Source of the DNA: Zygnema circumcarinatum SAG 698-1b
Lineage: Eukaryota > Plantae > Zygnematophyceae
Assembly: GCA_037447605.1 (NCBI GenBank)
Contig: CM074804.1
Span: 310,001-374,000, forward strand
Direction: 5' to 3'
DNA length: 64,000 nt
The notes below the pieces were generated by a model, which saw only the letters and a list, made by a program, of their open reading frames with translations, had not been told where the DNA came from and ran no database searches. This document shows positions 25,360-34,800 of this stretch, piece after piece. Within the stretch, counting starts at the first letter, position 1. Each line of letters starts with the position of its first letter. A program made the translations under genes and the position numbers.

Positions 25360-26094
25360 TCGGCCGCGGCCCTGGCTACATCATCGTACGGCCGTTGATC
25401 CTCAATCTTGGCAGTCCTGTCCGCACAGTGCGAACGGTGCCCGTCGTCGCGGTTCTCCCTCGCGCCGCGAACTGTCGCGAACTGACACGCGAACTGAAGT
25501 GAACTGAAGCGAACTGCCACGCGAACTGCCGCGCGGCGCCTCTGACAGCATGCGAAGGGGCGGGGCTGCGGCCAGCGTTGCACGGCGAGATGGATCGGCT
25601 TCTCTCGGGCCTCTCTGGACCGTCCGATCGCTATCGCACGGCGGAGGGCGCGCGCTCTGTGGCGGCCGTTCGTTCGGACGGCCCGCCGGATGCGCACACC
25701 TCGCGGTTCGCCACCACGGGACGGCGGCCCGCGCCTGGGCGGGCCATGGGCAGGAAAAAACAACATTGTTTCGGGCAGCCATCGTTGTTTGGTTATGTTT
25801 CTACTTTTTCTTGTGAAAATTCTCAATCGTCTCTTAAAACAGAAAACAAACTTTTTGAAGTTTGATGGATTCTACGCCGTCGATATGTTCAATCGTACGG
25901 CGTACCAAAACCAAAAGATACTGTACTTCGTGAAGCAGACGGGAAAGGTTTTTTGCCCTCATGAGAGCGCCCGGCCCTGGCAGTTAGACCGAGTTGGAAC
26001 GTTTAGAGCTGCCCGGTCCCACCCGGCTGCCCTCGAAACGTTTCCGCTGCCCGGCACGCTGCCTATCCCCAAGGCTGTTCCGTTGCGCGCTCTC

Positions 26095-26315
26095 TTCCTC
26101 CCCGCCTCTCCCTGCTCGTCGCTCTCCCTCTCGCGCTACGCTACGCTCTTTCCCTCTCCCCCTCTCCCTGCTTGCCTCTCGCCCTCTCGCGCTACGCTAC
26201 GCTCTCTCCCTCTCCCCCTCTCCCTGCTCGCCTCTCGCCTGTCGCGCTACGCTACGCTCTCCCTCTCCCCCTCTCCCTGCTCGCCGCTCGCCCTCTCGCG
26301 CTACGCTACGCTCTC
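26095..26315. repeat. ~55-bp minisatellite, 4 units, core cgcgctacgctacgctct
   Basis: The core recurs near 26132, 26188, 26243 and 26297. The left arm has one unit (~17070-17090). Confidence 0.8.
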
Positions 26316-26642
26316 ACTCCCCCTCCTGCCCGCCCCGTCATCTCCCTCCCTCCGTCCTCCCTCCGTCCTCCCTCGCCCCCTCCCTCCCTCCCTCCCACAC
26401 ACACTTTCGCTTTCTCACACCCTCCACCTCGCTCTCGCGCCCGGCTCCTTTCCCTCTTTCCCTAGCTCCCCCTCTGTCTCCCACTCCTCTCTCTCCTTTC
26501 CCCCAGTCTCTCACATTCCCCTCCCGCCTTCTCTCCTCCCCGTTCCCTCTCCCCACCCTCCCTCCCTCCCTCCCTCCCTCCCTCCCTCCCTCACACCTCG
26601 AAAGCCCAGGCTGAGGCTGAGGCTGAGGCTGAGAGCAGGCAG

Positions 26643-28261
26643 ATGGCGCGCGAGGTGTGGCTGAAGGTGTTCCTGCGCGGGGAGAGCCCGTCGGACGCGA
26701 TCGCGGTGGCGCTGGAGGAGGGCGACGCGACGGTGTCGGACCTGAAGCGGCGGTTTCTGGCGGAGGTGCGCGACATGCTGCCGGGCCAGACCGCGCTGCC
26801 GTGGATCGCGCTCACGCTGCCGCCCGCGCCCTTCAGCGAGGGCCTCGAGGGCGCGCAGCCGCTCGAGTCCTCGCAGGAGCTCGCCGACCTGCCCGAGGGC
26901 GCCGGCTCCAAGAAGTGGCACCTGCACGCCGAGGTGCGCCTGCTCGGTACGACCCGCCCCCTCCCCCTCTCTCTCTCTCCCCCTCTCTCGCTTCAACTCT
27001 CTCTCGCTCTTTCTCCCTTTCTAGCTCCCTTGAGGGAGAAGGGGGCAGGGAGGGGGGGGTGGTGAGCAAGCATAAGAGTGGGGGGGAGGGGGAAAAGGAG
27101 GGGAATAGAGAGTAGGAGAGGGAAGGGAGAGGAGCGAGGAAGAAGTGGTGAAATGAGGTGGGAGAGGGAAGTGGAGAGGAAGAGAGCAGGAGGGAGAAGT
27201 GCGCTCCATTTCTAAAGGTTTCTCCTTTGCGTCTCTCTCGGTTGGCCAAGGGAGGGGATGAGAGGGAGAGGGCGAGGGAGGAGTGGGAACATGGTTTTTT
27301 TAAACAAAAAAAAGCGGGAAAGGGTTCAGTCCTTTGTTCTTCCATTTATATGGATACTGAATTGCTTCTTGTATTGTTTAATGTTTATTACATTCTATTG
27401 AGCAGTTTCTGCTTGTTTGTTGCTAATGCCATCAGTAATGCCTTTACTTTGGCACTAATCTTAAAAGCCGTTAATTTTTTTAATCTATGAGAAGTTAGCC
27501 CCCTTTCTTACAGGAAACAATCCATTTTTGATTCATTCTTAGAGTGATTAGCTATTAGAAGATGGGGCTAATGGGGCTTATTTATCTCTATGGATGCAGG
27601 GGATATGGGGCCTCCAGTGGACAGAACTCCTCCAGTTGTGACTCCAGGTGGGTCATGTTTGGGAAGGAGTGGTCTTATTTCTTATTGTCGTGTTAGAGTA
27701 AAGGAATGGAGTAGTTTTTTTGTTTTTTTTTTCTGTTTTTTCACTGCTTTTCTTGAAGGAAGAGGGGTTTTGGGAGGCGAGAGAGCAGTGGAGAAAGGAA
27801 TCTGTGAGTTTGAGGGGGGCGAGGTATTTCATGTATTGTGTTATGCTTGTTTCATCGCCATTTACATTTTGTTCCGTTTTCTTGCTAGCAGTGAGCAGGG
27901 TGGAAGGGAGAACTCTGTACGATCGAGGGATGGCGGGGAGGGATGAACCGGACCACATCAAGAATGCCATGGTGAGGTTACTCTCAAAAAGATTTGCGCG
28001 TCATCGTGACGTTGACTGCATGCACGTGTGTTCAATGTGATCGTTTTTGTGCATGCATGCATACATTCAGGGTGTTGTGAGCGGGAATTCGCTGCATTGT
28101 GGAAACTCTCTTCAAAAAGAGCTTGAAGAGTGAGCCTCCATGTTAGAAGGGATGGCGGGAGTGAGGGAGGAGGGAGACGAGAGGACCTTCTCCTCGTCTG
28201 GTATGGCATCGCAGTGGGGCATGTAGCTGGGACGGTCTGTGGATGGAGAGTAAAGCTTGCT

Positions 28262-28292
<31 letters not shown>

Positions 28293-28502
28293 TTGCAGGA
28301 CATAAGAGATCTCTATCCTGGGGGGAAGATTCCCCGAGGGGGGAAAGATGATTTTTCACTTGGGGTGGTGCTTAAGCTGTGTGCCATCTTCGCCATAATG
28401 GGGTGCCTGGCAATGGTGGCTGTCTTCTTTTTGGAGAAATTGCCCTTTTTGTTAGAATATTTAAAGGGGAGTTCTGACGACTCCCCTCACTCCGAGCTGT
28501 AG
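26643..28502 (+). CDS. Unknown ~195-aa Ubl-fold/TM protein, copy 2
   Basis: Exons 26643-26946, 27892-27971 and 28299-28502. Protein identical to copy 1 except two TM residues (LKLCAIF vs LKLIAIV). Confidence 0.7.
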
Positions 28503-28658
28503 GAAGATAAAGGTGAGGTATGTCGTTCAACAGGATGAGGGAGGGGCGACGATGTGTGATAAAGAGGAAGGGAGAGCGAAAGAGAGAGAGAATTTCAATA
28601 CTGCAGTTCTCGAACACTGCCGTCTTTACTCATTCCCTCTCTTGTTAACTACCTCCGT

Positions 28659-28726
28659 TTGACTTTGTTTGACTCTCTAGTTGACTCTGTTCGACAGTGG
28701 TCGGCTCTGTTTGACTCTCATTGACT
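28659..28726 (+). promoter_or_regulatory. Cluster of five W-box motifs (TTGACT) upstream of trihelix copy 2; mirrored at ~14664-14732 for copy 1
   Basis: TTGACT at about 28659, 28669, 28681, 28711 and 28721; AGTCAA five times in the left arm. Function not shown. Confidence 0.45.
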
Positions 28727-28796
28727 CCATTTGAGTCCGGTTGGTTGGGTTGTTGGTTGGTTGCTTGGTTGGTTGGTTGGTTGGTCGAGAGTGCAG

Positions 28797-29768
28797 ATGG
28801 TTGCGGGAGGGCCCCAGCCCCTGTCGGTGCAGCAGCAGATCGTGCACCACCAGTTGGCCGCGCAGCAGCAGCTTGCCGCCGCCCAGCAGCAGCAGCTGGT
28901 CGCCGTGTCGCAGATGTCCCCGCAGCAGCTTGCAGCCGCCCAGCAGCAGCAACAGTTGGTAGTGGCCCAGCAGCCGAGCCCCGACCAGCAGACTCAGAAG
29001 TGGATAGAGCAGCAGACAAGCAGGTGGACGGAGCATCAGGGCCTCCTGCTCGTGGAGGCGAGGCGGGTGGAGGATGAGAAGTACCGAGAGCAGGGGTACA
29101 GAGGGAGGAGCGTCACGGCGAGTGACAAGTGGCAGTCGGTGGCGGACTTTCTGATTTCGCAGGGAGTGGTGAAGACGAGGGAGCAGTGCCGGCAGAAGTG
29201 GGAGAATCTGATGAGGGATTTCAAGAAGATTAAGGACTACAGGACTCCGAACGGACACAACGACTACTGGACCATGGATGCCGCTGTGAGGAAGGATAAG
29301 AAGCTGCCGGGACAGTTCAGCGAAAGGATCTACGAGGCCATGGAACAGTTTCTATGTGAACGGAACCTTCCGTTGGGCATGCGCGACCCCGGGCTGCGGT
29401 GGAACCCTCCGGAGGACGGCGAGCACCCCCCGGGCGGCGGCGGCGTGCAGACTCCGATGCGGAAGAGGAAGTGGCAGGTCCAAGAGGACGGGGGCCTGGA
29501 CGAGGCCCTCGCGGACCTCATCAAGTTTCAGGCGGAGGAGTCCAGGAAGCTGCAGATCGAGCTGGCGAGGGCCTCGTGGGAGAAGATGGAGAAGTACATG
29601 GACGCCTCCTTGCAGAGCGGAGAGAAGATCATAGAAGCCATGAATAGGATCTCGGGGGTTCTGCAGGGGAGGCAGCAGCAGCAGCAGCATCAGCAACAGC
29701 AGCAGCAAGAGCAGGAGCAGGAGCACGTGGAGCAGGAGGAGGAGCAGCACCCGCCCCCCACGGCTTGA
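28797..29768 (+). CDS. Trihelix (Myb/SANT-like) transcription factor, SH4/ASR3-like, copy 2
   Basis: Intact ORF nearly identical to copy 1. Differences: one extra Ala, A/P at QQ[A/P]SPD, one extra Gln, and a few synonymous changes. Confidence 0.88.
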   Translation: MVAGGPQPLSVQQQIVHHQLAAQQQLAAAQQQQLVAVSQMSPQQLAAAQQQQQLVVAQQPSPDQQTQKWIEQQTSRWTEHQGLLLVEARRVEDEKYREQGYRGRSVTASDKWQSVADFLISQGVVKTREQCRQKWENLMRDFKKIKDYRTPNGHNDYWTMDAAVRKDKKLPGQFSERIYEAMEQFLCERNLPLGMRDPGLRWNPPEDGEHPPGGGGVQTPMRKRKWQVQEDGGLDEALADLIKFQAEESRKLQIELARASWEKMEKYMDASLQSGEKIIEAMNRISGVLQGRQQQQQHQQQQQQEQEQEHVEQEEEQHPPPTA

Positions 29769-30559
29769 AGGGCAGGAGGGGGGGGAAGGGAAGGAAGGGG
29801 GGTAGCAGCAGCAGTAGTAGTGGTAGTAGTGGCTCTGGTAGGCGGCTAGTTCAACAGTCCGTTCAACGGGTTGCATGTGCATGCATGCGTTGCGTTACAT
29901 CGACGTGAATGCAGGCGACTCTTTTTCGCGATCTCTCTTGTAAATGTCAATTCTTCGTTCTAATGGTAGTTCGCCCGTGTCCGCGAGTTAGCAGAGTCGC
30001 ATTCATGGATGTTTCGTGTCGATTTTCTCTTTTTTTGTGTTGAATGAGATAAACTTTTATCTGTACGTGTCAATGCAACAATGCACGATGCACAATGCAT
30101 CACATGCATCATTTGCGTTAAAAAGGCTGTTGAAATGACGACGGCGCCAACAGCCGATGTCGCGGAGGAGGGTCTCCGCCGGTCGATGCTCATCGCATGC
30201 ATGCACGCGCTGGCGTGCGGTAGCCGTCACGTCTCGTTACGTAACGCTGGGTCACGTCCCGTCACGTCACGCTACGCGGACGGCGGGCGGTTTACGCCCT
30301 GTCACGCCCGCCGCTTAACAAATGTGAACATGGAAACGATATGTCTTGGAGTTCTTCGACGGAACCATAGAGAGCTATCGGACGGCCGGAAATGGTTCGA
30401 AGGCGATCGGGCGGTCGGTGGCGATTGGGCATTTGGCGCGTTTCCGGGCTGCGATGCACGATGGCGCGATCGGACGGTCGGAGTGTGCTACCGCCCGCCA
30501 AAGTCGGATGCCTACGCCGCGTGTCACCGCCCTGTGCAGGTCAAGGTCAGTCAAGGCCC

Positions 30560-30760
30560 TTTGTCGTTTTGTGCCCACTGCATCATGCGGTGTGCCACGT
30601 GTCTCTCACTCTCTCCCCCTCGCCAGCGTTCCGTACGTCGTCGTGGACCGCCGCGGCACCTTTTTCGGGGATGGATTGGCGGTCACGAAGTCATGTCACG
30701 CCGACTAAAAATGAAGAAAGGGCCCCAATCTGCAGATTTTACAAAATGTAATCCCAACCT
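30560..30760 (+). pseudogene. Decayed fragment of SMO1 exon 1, inverted relative to the intact gene
   Basis: 30615-30652 matches the reverse complement of 12295-12332 at 35/38 nt. It translates PLASVPYVVVDR..FF vs PLASLPYVLLDR..FF in SMO1. Weaker patches continue to ~30760 (gggcccc..ctgcag). Confidence 0.75.
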
Positions 30761-31870
30761 CGCCACTTAAGCCAATGTTATTTTTTCTAACTGTCATGGA
30801 AACCCCCCTCGAAGTTGTGAGAAAATTCTACACATCCCTCGAGGGAGAGGGAGAGGGAGAGGGAGAGAGAGAGAGAGAAGATTTGTTTGTTTTAGTTTTT
30901 CATTTCCTCTTTTCAGTCTTTCAATCGCTGTGTGGTCGCCGAGCGAAGGGGGGAGGTGGAGTTGTCTCTTTTTTTTTCCAGTCGTTTTGAGTGACTTGGT
31001 TTTTGTCCAAAGGGAAGCAGCTGTTCGCTTCGCTGCGTGTTTCACAGTAAAGAATGGCTTTTGTTGAATGTCTTTTGGATTTTTTTTCTTTGAATCCGTG
31101 GAATAAAATATTAAATAAACGTTGTTGTTGACCAAAAACGATGACATAGAGGCAAACATACCGAAAGAAACCAAAATTCTAATCATAGATTTCGACACAT
31201 CAGAAACTTTTCAGCGAGGAAGGGCAATCTGCGGTCGCCCCATCTTGATTTTTCTTCATTGCGACATTTGATGAACCAGAAGGAATTGAACTAGCAGCCA
31301 ACTTTCGTTAACTCAAACAAAAAGAAATAAAGAATACTTCAAGGCTGGGCCTATATGGCGTGAGGCTCCAGGCCCGTCTCGTTGAACGAAGTAGACTCGA
31401 AAAATACCTGCTGAAAAACTTCAAAAGAAAGGAGTCCAGCGCAGAGGGACTCTCTCGCACTCTCTCGCGCTCTCTCCCCCTCGCTCCCTCTCTCTCTCGC
31501 TCTCTCTCTCTCAAATGGGAATGAATGTTTATTAGCATAAAAGTGTTCTGTACAGCACGGAACAGATCAGAATGAATCGAACCAGGCGCGCATAGAACTG
31601 CACAAGCCACGTGTCCTTCCATACCTCCATTTACACAATCTACAAGGAATCCACATAGCGATAACTACACGCGGCCCTCTCCTTCCCCCCACTCCCCTCC
31701 CTCCCCTCCTACTTCCTCTCTCCTCTCCCTTCTCTCCATCCCTCTCCTCCCTTCTCCTCTCCTCTCTCCCTCCCCCCGTTCTCCTCTCTTTCCTCCCTTA
31801 TTCTCCTGTCTCTCCCATCACCTCCGTCCCTCCGTCCCTCCCTCTTTCCCTCTCTCCCTCTCCCTCTACT

Positions 31871-34800
31871 TCACCGCGGAGCCGTCGATTCCTCCGAACT
31901 TGGTTCGGTCGACGAGGAGGCGACATCTGGCACCATGGCTACCGTCACCACCGCGTAGGGCGTGCCAGCTGGCAGACGGTACGGATTCCCCCCTGTTTGC
32001 CCGCCCCCTCCCTCCCCCAAAGCACCCTCCTCGCTGCTCTCTCCCCTCGCCACGCTCCGTTCTATGTGCACAATCTGTCCCACAATAATGGAGGAGGAGG
32101 AGGAGGGGAAGGGGGAGGGGGAGGGCAGCTGCTGTTGGGACTGACTCCACTGACGGAAGAGGGCAACGGACTCGTCCGAGAGAAAATAATTTGGGCAGTT
32201 TTTGTTTATGGCGATGTAGCGCCCTCGGGAGTCTGGAAGGAAAGCGGCGAGCTCGTGCACTTGGAATCGAGTGAAGCAAATTTTTTGGCGACCGAGCTGA
32301 ACCCACAAAGCAAAGCCATCCCTCAAAGCTCAAAAGCAAGCTCTAAAAGTGTAGAAACCTTAAAAAATGAGAAAACGGCCATTCGAAGGGGGTTCGCAGA
32401 CCAAGGGAGGCTTGGAAAAAAGTAGAGTTTTGGGAACAAACCTGAGCTGCGTATTCGGCCCTCTCGTGCTTTGTGACTAGAACTCGGAGAGTTTCTGCAG
32501 CTTTGTTGAGACGGGTTCGAAGGTCTTCTATTTTTGCATCTGCCGCCGCGCACTTTTCCAAAAGGTGCGTCCTCTCTGCGGCGAGGGCGGAGAGGGCGGC
32601 GCTGCGCTCTGCGAGGGTTCGCAATGCATCGCGGATCCACTCTCCGCTCTCTGCTTCTTCTCCGGCTGCTTCACTGCCACTGCCCATACGAAAGGTTTGA
32701 GAGGAAACTGATCAGTGCTACTCAGAAGTTCAAACAGAAAGAGAGTAAGGGGGAGAGGGAAGGGGGGGAGGGGAAANNNNNNNNNNGGGAAAGGGGAAGG
32801 GGGAGGGGGAGGGGGAGAGAGAGAGAGACGACGACGGCAAGGCGGACCTTTCTCTGTCAGGGTGGTCAGGAGAGAAGGGGAAGAGAAGCGAGTGAGAGAG
32901 TAGAGGAAGGGAGGAAGCAGAACAACAACACATCCGTGCAGACATCGAGGCAATTCCACATCCAATTTGGAAGTAAACATCGCCAAAACTGCAGAAAAGT
33001 CCTGGAAAGAGTACCTTGCGAGAGAGGCTGCGAGGGCTCGTAGGGACTCCACTGCTCCTGCTGTGGGAGGTGCCCCTAGGCAGCGGGAGAGACGCTCAAG
33101 GAGGCCCCTCAGCCTCACACTCTCTCCCCTCAGGGAGGAGTACTCTCGACCTCTCCTTTCTGCTGCAGCTCGCTGAGTTCGAGCTTCCTCTCGCGCCTCA
33201 TGCAGCCGATTCTCTATATGGGCACAGTTCATCTGCAGGTTGGGAAGGAGGGTCAGGGAGGAGTAAGTATGGGAGTTAAATAATCAACATATAATAAAAT
33301 GTTGGGTTAGTTGGTTGAGAGGACGGATAAAGAAAACGACAAAAGACACTTTAAACGGCACACATTAAAAAGGTTGTCATGAGCACAAGATTCCCCTTGC
33401 CTGACATTCACTGAGAAGGTCGACATTATGCTTCAGCTGAGCTCCAAGTTCTGCCGCTTCACTCTGAGCCCGGCTATATGCGGCAGTTTGCTGTTTCAGT
33501 AACGCTCCCAGTTCCGCCACCTGTCCCTCCAGCTCAGCAGTGTTCGTCCTCTCTCTCTCTCTCTCGCCCTCTCTCTCTCTCTCGCCCCCTCTCTCCTCCG
33601 TCTCCTGACGGCCAGCAGTCTCCCCATCGTTGGCTTCCATCTTCCTCTGCTCCTCCAACCTTTTCAGGGAGCCCTGCTCTGCTAACTGTCCTACTTTCAC
33701 CCTCTCTCCCTCGGCTATCTCCTCACTTCCGAGAAAAGTCTCCCCTCCTTCTACATCCCCTGAACCCTGCCCAAGCCCTCCTGGTTGTTCCGACCCCTCA
33801 CCTGCCCTTCCCACTCCCTCCAAATCCTCACCATCGATTACTGCCATTTTCTTGTTCCCAAGATTTTTATCGTCTACAGCATTTTCCACCATCACTTCAT
33901 TTTCTCCTCCTTCACTCACCCCAGAAACTTCTGCAGATAAAATATTTTCTGCACTGGACGCCACCCGGACCTCCTGCAGATGTTTTTCCAGTTCTCGAAT
34001 CCGTTTCTCATAGCTTTCTACGGTTCCTTGCTGAGTTTTCAGTTTACTCTCCATCTGCGCCACATGTAGATCCTTAAGCCGCAACGCTTCTTCCGTCCTC
34101 GCTGCCATCTCTCTCAAACTTCCCTCTCCCACCTCTCTCTCTCTACCACTCACTCCCTCTCGCCCTCCCTCACTTCCCACGTCCGATTGGAATGCATACA
34201 AATTCGCCATAGCTGCTGCAAGCTCCGAGCGCAACCATGCGTTTTCCATCTCCATAGTAATCTCCTCCCCTCCCCTCTCTCCCTCTCCCTCTCCTTCTCC
34301 TTCCCCTCCCTCCCTCTCACCTCCACCCTTCCCTCCCCCTCCCCCTACCACTCCCTCTCTCCCTCCTCCACCCGCTACTGCCGGCGATCTTAATTGCAGA
34401 TCTCGAGCGTCAATGTTTAACAACTCAGAATCAAAAGCTGGCACACTCACTTCACAAACACTTGGTAACCCTAAAAGGCCCATCCCCTCTAAAAGGTCTT
34501 TAGGGAGATATCTCGGACTATGCATCTGTACAAATTCCTCTCTCCTTCCTACCTCTACATCCCGAATTTTCGCCATTTTTTCTGCGAGCTGACCAGCCTG
34601 CCCGAAATACAAAGTAACGAAAGCTTTTCTCCTCACAACCTCAGCAAGACACGCTTGATAAGAGCTCGCTACCCTCCGGACAAGGGCCAATTCTGCAAAT
34701 ATTTCATCCTGCCTAGCCATGGCTTCCCGGAACGCCGCTAACTGATTCCGTAAATCTCGAATTCGAGATTGTAAAGCTGCAACTGTCTGCAGTTCATTAT

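Larger units (their letters stand above)
25446..30489. repeat. Right arm of the ~5 kb inverted segmental duplication (partner 12930-17797)
   Basis: Reverse-complement match to 12930-17797, with scattered substitutions and indels in non-coding parts. Confidence 0.95.

Noticed and set aside
12930-30489. Whole inverted-repeat unit as a giant transposon (Pack-MULE or foldback)
   Set aside because: No transposase and no target-site duplication were found at the outer ends, and homology continues patchily into SMO1. A segmental rearrangement explains it better.
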